Source: Octopus vulgaris
Taxonomy: Eukaryota
Direction of reading: 5' to 3'
Length of the DNA: 64,000 nt
Assembly: GCA_951406725.2 (NCBI GenBank)
Contig: OX597834.1
Span: forward strand, 35,402,001-35,466,000
Part shown: positions 1-11,145 of the stretch, in pieces
Layout of the letters: the number at the start of each line of letters is the position of its first letter
How positions within the stretch are numbered: the stretch's first letter is position 1
Notes under the pieces: generated by a model
Told to the model about the DNA's origin: nothing
The model's input: the letters and a program-made list of their open reading frames with translations, nothing else
Databases searched by the model: none
Position numbers and translations under genes: made by a program

Positions 1-22
1 TTCCTTGTATTTTTATATCTAG

Positions 23-130
23 GGAACAGCCATGACAAAGTCCCTTCCAATAAATTACATGAAGTTAAAAGCAATTCTACGAGCAACAAATGAACGACTC
101 GGAGATAAAATGAAATATCTTTTAAACAAG
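23..130 (+). CDS. BEN-domain protein, internal coding exon (gene begins upstream of window)
   Basis: Pyrimidine tract and AG (21-22), 108 nt open frame GTAMTKSLPINYMKLKAILRATNERLGDKMKYLLNK, donor AAG|GTCAGT; phase 0 joins the next exon. Confidence 0.8.
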
Positions 131-475
131 GTCAGTCAGTTTGTTACGTCTACAATTATTCTATATGTTGTGAGTTTTTTTTTTAATGGTTTGGTTCTGA
201 AGAAGGAAAGGTTGATGTGGTCTGGAAGAGGGTGTTCCTTGAACGTCTGCCATAGATAACTGCAGATAAAAACCATGGACATTGATCGAATTACAGTGGG
301 AAAATTATGCGCCAAACACCGGCTTAAAGTTATTTTAATGGAATCTTTGTTAATAGATTTGGAACAAAAGCTGTGTATTTCAGCAGAAATATGGTGATAT
401 ATTAGAATAATAATAATAATAACTTTGAATATAAATGCAGGCATGGATGAGTGGCTAAGAGGTTTGGCTTCAAGA

Positions 476-990
476 GAATACCCTCCATCAGGCATTTGCC
501 ATATTCTGAACGCCTTACTTCCCAGGGCATGGACACATTGAAACTCCGACGTCTGGCAGCTGACTTGACAGACAATCATAAAATTATCAACCATCTTACA
601 AACAATAACTCTGAGCACCTTTTCAAACTCCACCTGTCTAACACCCATGGACATGTTTACAAAGTCAGAAAACAGCACGGCTCCCATTACTTTCGGAAAT
701 ATTTTTTCATGCTGAGAGTTGCTGAAGCATGGAACAGACTGCCGGCATCAGTTATTAGTTGTCGGAGCACTGCATTCTTCAAAACTGCCATGCTTCCTGA
801 GATTCGCCAACACTACACCTGATTTTCTCCCCTCCATACACATGCAAGCATGTATCTGACTCATACACTGTTCACTTTCCAGACATTTGTACATTACTGC
901 ATATATTTTATAGGCACTCTCTGACAAGTTGTGGTGCACCTGAGCACTGTATACAATAATTTCATTATTATTATTATTATTATTATTATT
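476..990 (+). mobile_element. CR1/L2-group LINE 3' end (ORF2 C-terminus, 3'UTR, (ATT)n tail)
   Basis: ORF 451-822 has LPYSERL...LRRLAADL..GH..K...FF..RV..AWNRLP..V...S...FK, typical of CR1-group ORF2 C-termini; ends in (ATT)n. Confidence 0.85.
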
Positions 991-1052
991 TAACCATTTG
1001 GCACTTTAGACAAGCGTCAGCACTGAGCAGACCAAAATCTTGTGAGTGGATT

Positions 1053-1225
1053 TAATAATAATAATAATAATAATAAAATTATTGTGTATAGTGCTCAGGT
1101 GCACTACAACTTGTCAAAAGTGTGTATAAAGCATATGCAGTCATGTACAAATGCATATGGAGGTGGGATGTCAGGTGTAGTGTTGGTGAATTTCAAGAAG
1201 CATGGAGGTTTTGAAGGATGAATGC
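1053..1225 (-). mobile_element. Second, inverted 3' fragment of the same CR1/L2-group LINE
   Basis: Reverse complement of about 770-990 (gtgctcaggtgcactacaacttgtc; tcaggtgtagtgttgg) with (AAT)n tail and an internal deletion. Confidence 0.8.
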
Positions 1226-1399
1226 ATGCAAGATTTCACAGCTCTAGCATTACTCCTTCATAGTCAGCCTTTGAACTTTTCAGCCCACCATTGTATGAAG
1301 GGGGTGAGATGTATGTGGTGGGGATCAGAGAGATAAATTGGAGGCACATGTGTATCAGTGTGTTGCTTTAGTAAACCTTTTTTTTTTCTACCGTTGCAG

Positions 1400-1517
1400 T
1401 TGGTTGATGCTATGTTCACACGCGATGAGCTGGTGGCAGCTAGTGGCCTAGGGCTACGGACACAGAAAGACAAACAACACACACCACTTGATAGGAAGAA
1501 ATTAACTGCCATAAAAG
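1400..1517 (+). CDS. BEN-domain protein, penultimate coding exon
   Basis: Acceptor poly-T..TTGCAG|, peptide LVDAMFTRDELVAASGLGLRTQKDKQHTPLDRKKLTAIK fits the BEN pattern (L..LFT.EEL...S..G....LD..KL.AIK), donor AAG|GTAATC, phase 1. Confidence 0.88.
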
Positions 1518-1994
1518 GTAATCATTATAAATCTGCTTTTATAAATAATTTTTCTTTTGAAACAAAGACATCAGCTGGTTTAATATTTTGATCAACAAGA
1601 CAAATGAGATTGATGTGAGTGATGGCCTGCATGGTGATAATGATCATCATCATCACCAAATTCTGACATTGATGTGGTTGATAGGCACAGACATGGCTGT
1701 GTGGTTCAGAAGCTTGCTTCCCAACCATGTGGTCTCAGGTTCAGTCCCACTGTGGCAGCTGACTTGGCAGACAATCATAAAATTATTAACCATCTTACAA
1801 ACAATAATTCTGAGCACCTTTTCAAACTCCACCTGTCTAACATGGAAAAGTGGATGCTAAACATCATTCAGTCACACTCCCACACTGTGGTGACATTAGA
1901 CAATGTCAGGACACAAGATGTCACAGAGTGGGACTGAACCCAGAACCATGTGGTTAGGAAGCAAACTTCTTACCACACAGCCACATCTGTGCCT

Positions 1995-2390
1995 ACTCTT
2001 TTACTTGTTTCAGTCATTTGACTGCAGCCATGCTGGAGCACTGCCTTTAGTCGAGCAAATCGACCCCGGGACTTATTCTTTGTAGGCCCAGTACTTATTC
2101 TATTGGTCTCTTTTTGCCGAACCGCTAGGTGACGGGGACATAAACACACCAGCATCTGTTGTCAAGCAATGTTAGGGGGACAAACACAGACACACAAACA
2201 CACACACATACACATATATATATACATATATACGACAGGCTTCTTTCAGTTTCTGTCTACCAAATCCACTCACAAGGCATTGGTCGGCCCGGGGCTATAG
2301 CAGAAGACACTTGCCCAAGGTGCCACTCAGTGGGACTCAACCCGGAACCATGTGGTTGGTTAGCAAGCTACTTACCACACAGCCACTCCC
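1995..2390 (-). mobile_element. tRNA-headed SINE family A
   Basis: Head GTGGCTGTGTGGTAAG..GGTTCAGTCCC (A/B-box-like), central TA/TG tract, tail GACTGAAACAAGTAAAAGAG; more than 10 copies in the window. Confidence 0.85.
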
Positions 2391-2463
2391 AAAGTATATT
2401 TTAAATGTTTTACCAACTACCATAAATTACGGATTTAAAAAAAGAATTTCCTTTTCCTTACAG

Positions 2464-2615
2464 AGTTCCTGGCAGAGTTTTCTGACAGAAAGAATATTAA
2501 GATGATGGATTCACGGACGTTTCGGGTAACAGTGGGGAATAAAATCACAAATGCACGCAGGAACTTACGGAACGAATTCAAGATTGACCAAATTGCTGCA
2601 AACATAAGCTCATGA
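2464..2615 (+). CDS. BEN-domain protein, last coding exon
   Basis: Acceptor TTTTCCTTACAG|, phase 1 gives (E)FLAEFSDRKNIKMMDSRTFRVTVGNKITNARRNLRNEFKIDQIAANISS*; NKITNARR resembles the BEN C-terminal helix; TGA at 2613-2615. Confidence 0.85.
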
Positions 2616-2652
2616 GAATGTCTCTATTACGAAGTCGACATCTATAAACTTT

Positions 2653-2846
2653 AATAAATATTCTTTGCCTTGCTTTTGTGCCAAAATGAACCGATCCAAA
2701 GAAAACGGTAACTTTTTTCATTGGGAACAAACAATACAAAACAATTGTTGCCGTTTCTTTGACACTTAAAAAAAAAACAAACCCCAGTTGTTTTATGGTT
2801 GAGTATTCCAAATCTGAATCTTAATTCGGAAACTAAAATCAATAAA
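2653..2846 (+). terminator. Candidate polyadenylation signals of the BEN gene
   Basis: AATAAA at 2653-2658 and 2841-2846, downstream of the stop codon. Confidence 0.4.
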
Positions 2847-3134
2847 CAGCAGCAACATGGCAATGATGAGTTGACAAGAATCGGTAGAGCATCGGACAAA
2901 ATGCTTTGTGGTGTATAGTTTGGTGCTTCACTTAGTGAGTTCAAATCCTGCTGTAATATTTTGATCAACAAGACAAATGAGAATGCTGGTCATGTATTAG
3001 GGGTTGATTTGATTGACTGTAACCCCTTGTTCAAAGTTTATGGCCTTGTGTTTATGTCCTTATTGCTGAAATTCTTGTTTGTTTCAATCATTGGATTGCA
3101 GCCATGCTGGAGCACTGCCCAAAAGGGCTTAGTC

Positions 3135-3429
3135 CAGTGGTTCCCAAACATCTTGGGGCTGCTACCCCCTTGGCTATTGGGCCACATTCCTAGCCCGGCC
3201 ACCTCCCACTCACCACCACAAACGTACACCACTTTCTGCAACAAACCCTAAACAACTGTATTTCACAAATAAAACTTGAACTAATTAACCCATTATTTTG
3301 TCGTTTTTACATCGATCGCCCTCTTTCGGCCACCTCTTTCTCACCCCTACTTTTCTTCGACGCACACTGGATCTTTCCATTCCACCCTCACCACAAAGGG
3401 GGTAATAATGCCCACTTTGGGAACTACTG
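3135..3429. mobile_element. hAT-type MITE inserted in a SINE A copy
   Basis: TIRs CAGTGGTTCCCAAA / TTTGGGAACTACTG, degenerate 8-bp TSD GCTTAGTC/GTTTAGCC; relatives at 15052 and 57754. Confidence 0.75.
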
Positions 3430-3817
3430 GTTTAGCCATAGCCTGATACTTATTGATCTCTTCTGACAGGGATGTAAACAAACCGACAATGGTTTTGAGC
3501 AATGATGGGATACACTCATGCACGCACACACACACACACAGTGATGGGCTTCTACAAAGCATTTGCCGACAAAATTTGCTCATTAGGCATTGGTTCATCC
3601 AGGGCTGTCATAGAAGACACTTGCCAAAGGGGCCACACAGTGGGTCTGAACCCAAAACCACATGATTACAAATTGAGCTACTTAACCTACACAGCCACTC
3701 CCAAACTGAATATATTTTAAATAGTCTTTACCAACTACCATTTTTAGACTACAAAGAAGACAAGACTAATATCATCAAGGGTATATTCTTTTTTTTTGAA
3801 GGGGTATCCAGCTTTAA

Positions 3818-4038
3818 CCCTTTCGAGACCAACCCGGCTGAAATCACCTCTGGCTCTGTAGCACAAATGTCTTGTTTACATAAGTTTTGAATTAAAATTT
3901 TCCACCAAACCTTAGTTACAATTTATGTTCATAACACTAGCTGAATGATAAGTAAGTTATTTTACTAAATTCTTTGTTATATTTAAAATTAATTGAAAGA
4001 AACACAGACATCTCCATAGAAATATGGTAACAAAAGGG
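3818..4038. mobile_element. piggyBac-type MITE
   Basis: TTAA|CCCTTT...AAAGGG|TAAA; reverse-orientation copy of the elements at 10322 and 10573. Confidence 0.7.
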
Positions 4039-4763
4039 TAAAAAACCGTTCCAAAACTGACCGTGCCTGGTCTGGTGCTATGTAATAAGTACTCGGCCCA
4101 CTCTGTGGGGTGGTTGGTGTTAAGAAGGGCATCCAGCCATAAAAACCATGCCGAAACAGACACTGAATCCTGGTGCAGTCTTCTGCCTAGCCAGTTCCTG
4201 TCAAACCGTCCAACCCATGACAGCATGGAAAGTGGATGTATGATGATGATGATGATGGAAAAATGAAATGTAAATTCCTCAGTGGAATTTGAACACTCAG
4301 CAAAGACATAATAAATCCAGTGCTTTACCTTATTGTTAAGCAGTTGCCCTAAATTCTTTTATCAGTTCTAGGATGACAAATGACTCCAGGATTATGTAAT
4401 ATTATAAAGTACTTTTGACTTAATCTCTCAGGTGTACCAGGTGACATGACATTATTTAGTAAGCTTTGTTGCAGTTGCGTTATGCATGGATACTCACGTG
4501 TATACTTGTAGGTGTGTTTTTTTATAAATAGTTTTAGTTCAATGAGGTCAGATTGCTTTTATCAGGTGAAAATAATACATACATCCTGTGTTGATAGATA
4601 GATACACACACACACACACGTTTGCATATACATATGTGCATATATATTTACATGCATATACATATATACATATGCATATATATATGTACATATGCTTATA
4701 TATATATATATAGTTATAAATGCATATGTATATACATATGTGCATATACATATATACATATGC

Positions 4764-4803
<40 letters not shown>

Positions 4804-4986
4804 GCTTATGTTGCCAGTGGAATGTAGAAGCACCCCTTACATTCTCGGAGTGGTTGGTGTTAGGAAGAGCATCCAGCTGCAGAGACCATGCCAAATGAGA
4901 TTAGAGTCTGATACAGCCTCCCAGCTTGCCAACCCTGGTCAAACCATCCAACCTATGCCAGCATGGACAATGGACATTAAATGACG

Positions 4987-5023
<37 letters not shown>

Positions 5024-5378
5024 CATATCCATATGGAATATGGATGTTAAATAATGATGATGATATATATATATATCATCATCATCAATGTCTGTGTTCC
5101 TGCACCAGACTTCTGTGACTGACCTGCTATAATGTAATACATGTCTTTGGTGTGGTAATTGTGAGTGGCTGAAGAAGGCTATTGACATACATGTTACATC
5201 AATTATGCATTGATATAAACTGTCCAATAAAGCCAGAAACATATGTGCCGCTAAATCTTTTGCGTCCTGTTTTTCTTTTGATAAATATATCCTATCACCT
5301 ACACCACTAACTGGCATATACATGTGCTTACAATTATCAAGTATTCACCCTGAATCTTTTGTTATATATATATATATA

Positions 5379-5409
<31 letters not shown>

Positions 5410-5424
5410 TATATATATATACAG

Positions 5425-5758
5425 ACCTGTGCTAGTGGTATGTAAAAAGCACCATCTGAATGTGGTTGATGCCAGTGCCCCTTGACTGGTTCCCGTGCCA
5501 GTAGCACATAAAAAGCCCCATCCAAAAGTAGTTGATGCCAGTGCCACCTGACTGACTCCTGTGCTGGTGGCACGTAAAAAGCACCCACTACACTGTCAGA
5601 GTGGTTGGCGTTAGGAAGGGCATCCAGCTGTAGAAACCTTGCCAGATCAGATCGGAGCCTGGTGTAGCCTTCTGGCTTGCCAGTCCTCAGTCAAACTGTC
5701 CAACCCATGCCAGCATGGAAAGCGGACGTTAAATGATGACGACGACGACGATGATGAT
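5425..5758 (+). mobile_element. RTE-LINE 3'UTR-derived repeat
   Basis: GGCACGTAAAAAGCACCCACTACAC...CCATGCCAGCATGGAAA..(GAT)n, the same sequence that follows the RTE coding end at 17240-17832; partial copies at 4050-4258 and 4810-4990. Confidence 0.75.
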
Positions 5759-6090
5759 AAATATGTGTATGTGTGTGTCTGTGAGTCCGTATTAGTATGA
5801 AGAGAATTACTGCCAAATAACAAGGGCAAAATTAAGCCATTTAATCCAGCTGGCTCTCTAAGCACTTGATCTCTGAGTGACATAAATTCCTTGATATGAA
5901 ATGAAATGGAAAGTAATTGCCAGTGAATAAGTCACAGAATAAGTGCGTTTCTCTGTCCCCCAAAACAACAACAACAACAATAGCATCAACAACAAAGATA
6001 ACAAGATATGTCACTGCTATTACCAGTAGGGGGTTTCAATGAAAAAAGGGGGTTATGCTTTCAACTGTGTTGCTAAATACATATTGAAGG

Positions 6091-6127
<37 letters not shown>

Positions 6128-6519
6128 GGGAGTATAACTCCAAACTTACAGGGAAAATTCAATTTAGTATTAAATCAAATTTCACAGTATAAATATATAA
6201 AAAATAAATTAGAGATAAAACCACTATTAGGCAACTCAAACAGTGATAGACATAAACCAATACATAAACAACCAATATATATAGATATATATAATTTTTT
6301 TGTATTTAAAAAAAATATATATAACTTATAAGTTATATATTAAAAAAAAATTATATATATATATTGGTTATTTATGTATTGGTTTATGTCTCTCACTGTC
6401 TGAGTTGCATAATAGTGGTTTTATCTCTAATTTATATTTTAAATATATATATGATGGACTCTTCTATTGGTTTCAACTTATGAGGATCTGACAATGTATT
6501 CTTTCTTTGTCAGTCAAAA

Positions 6520-6862
6520 TGCTTATGTTAAATGTGGCACTTAAGTCCCGCCAACGATTTGCAAAGAAGGCCACAGATCCTACAAGTATGAGGATTACAG
6601 GTCAATGTATGTGGTGTTATTTGCAACCACTTTTCTCCTTTGCCTTGCACCCTGAAGCCTATAAATGCTGGTTGCAACAAAGTTTCTAATACCATTTTGA
6701 CACACAATGATCTTCATTTTCTTCGCTCCAAGGCTGTTTGCTCAAAGGTGTTGTGAGCTATCTTCATTGCTAAGAGGTTACTCTTCAGCTTGTCGTTATA
6801 CCTGAGTCATGGTTGACCAATATTCATGTGCCCCCTATCAAGCTGATATGTATGTGCATGGT
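6520..6862 (-). mobile_element. Decayed RTE-clade LINE ORF C-terminus
   Basis: Minus strand reads GQP*LRYNDKLKSNL..FEQTALERRK*R and a C-terminal CRICGLLCKSLAGLKCH zinc-finger-like motif; contains stops. Confidence 0.7.
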
Positions 6863-6889
6863 CTAAAAACAGAAACACAAAGTAAACAT

Positions 6890-7055
6890 AGGCGCAGGAG
6901 TGGCTGTGTGGTAAGTAGCTTGGTTACCAACCACATTGTTCTGGGTTCAGTCACACTGTGTGGCACTTTGGGCAAGTGTGTCTTCTACTATAGCCTTGGG
7001 CCGACCAAAGCCTTGTGAGTGGATTTGGTAGACGGAAACTGAAAGAAGCCCATCG

Positions 7056-7089
<34 letters not shown>

Positions 7090-7475
7090 TATATATACAC
7101 ACACACACATATATACACACACACACACATACACACACATATATATATACACACACACACATATATCATTTTCATTTTTTATTTTTTTATCTAGTTTCAG
7201 CTCACGAGCTGTGGCCATGCTGGGGCACTGCCATTCATATATATACACACACACACACACATATATATATGTATGATGTGTGTGTACATGTTTGTGTGTC
7301 TGTATTTGTCCCCCCAATATCACTTGACAACCGATGGTGGTGTGTTTACATCTCCGTAACTTACCGGTTCAGCAAAAGAGAACCGATAGAATAAGTACTA
7401 GGCTTCCAAAGAATAAGTCCTGGGGTCGATTTGCTCGACTAAAAAGGCAGTGCTCCAGCATGGCCGCAGTCAAGT
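6890..7475 (+). mobile_element. SINE family A
   Basis: Full head AGGCGCAGGAGTGGCTGTGTGGTAAG, expanded central TA/CA tract, standard body. Confidence 0.85.
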
Positions 7476-7982
7476 GTATGTGTGTGTGTGGCTGCTTTAA
7501 CAACCATGTTTCATGTAAACAAAGGATAATATTTCCTCCCTGCCAACCCCCCCACCGCCCCGCACCTGTATGACAGGAGCCATGTAATAAATGTCCTGCT
7601 CACCACCCACCTCCAAGTGACTCACTGGATTAAGGCAGCAAAAGGGGTGTGTGGAGGCATTAACATGCAACATCCCTCCATCCACCCTTGCTCCTCCACT
7701 CTGTTTTACAACCATCTGATAGACTTCTAAATTGGAGAAGGTGAGGTGGTGTCATCCCCCCCACGGCTATAAAGGAAACTAGTTAATATAAATGGTTCTG
7801 TGATATATTCTTATAAACCAGTGGTACGCAAACCCTGTTTTGCCTATGGGACCCCTTTCTTTCCTATTTTACTCTACTGGACCTCCAGGGGCATTTAATG
7901 TATATATTAAAAAAAAAATCTTACTGTATTTTTATAATTAAATATTAGTAGAGATTGTATTTTGAAAAAATTGTTTAAATAC

Positions 7983-8445
7983 CCATACCAGTGACACAGA
8001 AATAGTACCTGTGTTGATGACACGAAAAAGGCACCTGTGCTGGTAATAAAAAAAAAGGTACCCATGCTGGTGATACAAAAAAGGCACCTGTGTTGATGAC
8101 ATAAAAAAGGCACCTGTGCTGGTGACACAAAAAAGGTACCCATGTTGGTGACACGAAAATGACACCTATGCTGGTGATACAAAAAAGGTACCCATGCTGG
8201 TGACATGAAAAAGGCACCTGTGCTGGTGACACAAAAAAGGCACCTGTGTTGGTGACATGAAAAAGGCACCTGTGCTAGTGACACAAAAAAGGTACCCATG
8301 CTGGTGTCATGAAAAAGGCACCTTTGCTGGTGACACAAAAAAGGTACCCATGTTGGTGTCATGAAAAAGGTACCTGTGCTGGTGACACAAAAAAGGTACC
8401 CATGCTGGTGACACAAAAAAGGCTCCTGTGTCGGTGACACAAAAC
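7983..8445 (+). repeat. About 26-bp minisatellite, roughly 17-18 copies
   Basis: Unit GGCACCTGTGCTGGTGACACAAAAAA alternating with a GGTACCCATG variant. Confidence 0.9.
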
Positions 8446-8610
8446 ATAGTGGTTAAAGCAGCCGCATGCACACACACACACACATGCATATCTTTATTCT
8501 TCTTTTACTTATCTCACTCATTGGACTGCGACCATGCCTCGATAAACTTTATATAACCGACGCAAGCATGGAAAAGTGGTCATTAGAATGATGATGATGA
8601 TGGATAAATA

Positions 8611-8970
8611 TTGGGTTGGCAACTAAGTTCCCACCGTTCTTTTAAATTTTGGAATTTATTGCGTTTTTAAATTTTGGAATCGATTTTTTTCGAGAATTCT
8701 ATTTTTGAATCATTTTGGAATCTATTTTGTTTTTTTCTAGTTAATTTTAGTTAATTTTTGTTAATTTTCAGATCATTAAAATGGAATGTCAAGTTTAAAA
8801 AAAAAATGAGCATTTTCGACACCTCCTTCTTTTTGCTTTTAACCAAGGTTCTAAGGCCACAAAAGCTGCTTGCAACATTTGTGCTGTGTATAGAGAACCG
8901 CTCGTGATTGATATGCCAAGTTCAAAGATGGAAATTTGACCTCAAACACGCACCTCATTCTGGCTGTCCA
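8611..8970 (+). mobile_element. mariner 5' fragment (mellifera-subfamily-like): TIR plus transposase N-terminal HTH
   Basis: TA|TTGGGTTGGCAACTAAGT TIR; from 8781 MECQV*..EHFRHLLLFAFNQGSKATKAACNICAVY..RTARD*YAKFKDGN.DLKHAPHSGCP, with stops and frameshifts. Confidence 0.8.
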
Positions 8971-8974
8971 GAAT

Positions 8975-9200
8975 GAGGTCTGTTTTCCATGCTAGCACGG
9001 GTTGGACAGTTTGACCAGGGTCTGGGAAGCCAAGAGGCTGCACCAGGTTCCAGTCTGATCTGGCAGTGTTTCTACAGCTGTATGCCTTTCCTAACGCCAA
9101 CCACTCCATAAGTGTAGTGGGTGCTTTTTACGTGCCACCAGCACATGTGCCAGGGGAGGCTGGCAGTGGCCACAATCGGTTGGTGCTTTTTACGTGCCAC
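8975..9200 (-). mobile_element. RTE 3'UTR-derived repeat truncating the mariner
   Basis: Reverse complement of the 5425-5758 family. Confidence 0.7.
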
Positions 9201-9240
9201 ATATAAATATATATACATAATATATAAACATATATATATG

Positions 9241-9642
9241 TACTCTTTTACTTGCTTCAGTCATTTGACTGCGGCCATGCTGGGGCACTGCCTTTAGTCG
9301 AGCAAATCAACCCCAGGACTTATTCTTTGTAAGCCTAGTACTTATTCGAACAGTATCATTTGCCGAACTACTAAGTTATGGGGATGTAAACACATCAGCA
9401 TTGGTTGTTAAGCGATGTAGGGTGGACAAACACAGACATACAAAAACACACACACGCATATATACATATACATATATACGACGGGCTTCTTTCAGTTTCC
9501 GTCTACAAAATCCGCTCACAAGGCTTTGGTCAGCCCGAGGCTATAGCAGAAGACACTTGCCCAAGATGCCACGCAGTGGGACTGAACCCAGAACCATGTG
9601 GTTAGTAAGCAAGCTATTTACCATGCAGCTACTCCTACGCCT
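9241..9642 (-). mobile_element. SINE family A
   Basis: Full-length match to other copies. Confidence 0.85.
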
Positions 9643-9672
9643 ATATATATATATATATATATATATGCATAC

Positions 9673-9711
<39 letters not shown>

Positions 9712-10321
9712 CATACATATATACATATTTATATGGATATGCATATATATATATATATATATATATATTTATTTATATATATACATACACACACACACAC
9801 TTTGTGACAAACTGTCTTGACAACTGTCATATTAGGTTGCTAACGAGCGTTGAAGTAGCCTCTTCATAGTTTAGTTACTCCCAGAGATTTATTATCAATA
9901 ATACTAAGTGTACTTGTTTGACCAATAATCTTTAATTGTACATTCATTTTCTTCCTTGAGTAGGGCTGTGTGCGTGTGTGTGTGTGTGTGCATGCGTATG
10001 TGTCTATGTGTTGTTTTATCTATGTACAGAGTAGCCTGTTCTGTTCATATAACAATGCACAGAGACAAACTAAGTTTGAACAAGGTATAAACCCTTTACC
10101 TGTCCTGTGTATCACGTGATATACAAAATCTATTCCCCTGGCATCCCTACATCATATATGAATTCATGGTTCCACTTTAGCGTATGGCCTGCCTCCCTGG
10201 CCATTTACCCTTTAGTGTGCAGTCTAATCATAACCCTAGCCTAACCCTACATCTTAATCCTATCCCTAAACCCTCATTTCAAAGTGTAGACCACAGTTAT
10301 TGCAGTAGACCAGATGATTAA

Positions 10322-10541
10322 CCCTTTCGTTACTGTATTTATTTTGAGATGCTCTGTGTTTCTTTCAATTACTTTAAATATAACAAAGAATTTAGTGAAA
10401 TAACTTAGTTATCATTAAACTAGTGTTAGGAACATAAATTGTGACTAAGGTTTGGTGGAAGATTTTAATTCAAAGCTTATGGAAACAAGACATTTGTACT
10501 CAGAGCTAGAAGCGGTTTCAGCCAGGTTGATATCAAAAGGG
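10322..10541. mobile_element. piggyBac-type MITE
   Basis: TTAA|CCCTTT...AAAGGG|TTAA. Confidence 0.8.
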
Positions 10542-10572
10542 TTAAGAATTGTTTCTCTATTATATATTTTAA

Positions 10573-10793
10573 CCCTTTTGTTACCATATTTCTGTTGAGA
10601 TTCTCTGTGTTTCTTTCAATTACTTTAAATATAACAAAGAATTTAGTAAAATAACTTAGTTATCATTAAGCTAGTGTTAGGAATACAAATTTTGACTAAG
10701 GTTTGGTGGAAGATTTTAATTAAAGACTTATGAAAACACGACATTTGTACAACAAAGCCAGAGGCAGTTTCAGGCAGGTTGGTAAGGAAAGGG
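10573..10793. mobile_element. piggyBac-type MITE, adjacent second copy
   Basis: TTAA|CCCTTT...AAAGGG|TTAA, homologous to 10322-10541. Confidence 0.8.
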
Positions 10794-11145
10794 TTAAAGT
10801 AGCATTTGGTATGTATTCCCAGTTTTTATTCAATTACCAGAGTAACTGTGTACTAATGAAAGGAAAGCTTTATGTTATTCAGAAAATTTGGAACCAAGTC
10901 TAACTGAAGGTCTGAAAACAAGCATGGAGGTTTAGGAGAAAATGATGAAAGCACTTTGGTCAGGCAAAGGGTTTCATCAACCAACTACAAATTCATGGGA
11001 AACTTTCTTTTTCTGCTGGGTCTCAGTGGCAAGCTGGCAGAATCATTACATATAAACCCCAACACTTTATGTCTGTCTTTGTATTGTCCCCCCCCATTCT
11101 TTGCCCTTGTGGCAAATAAATGAAATCATTATTATTATTATTATT

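Noticed and set aside
5100-5350. Unique minus-strand open frame (MYMPVSGVGDRIYLSKEKQDAK..)
   Set aside because: No recognisable domain and no convincing acceptor; cannot be supported as an exon
7983-8445. Regular short repeats superficially like a CRISPR array (also 33240-34125)
   Set aside because: No unique spacers, no cas genes, eukaryotic context
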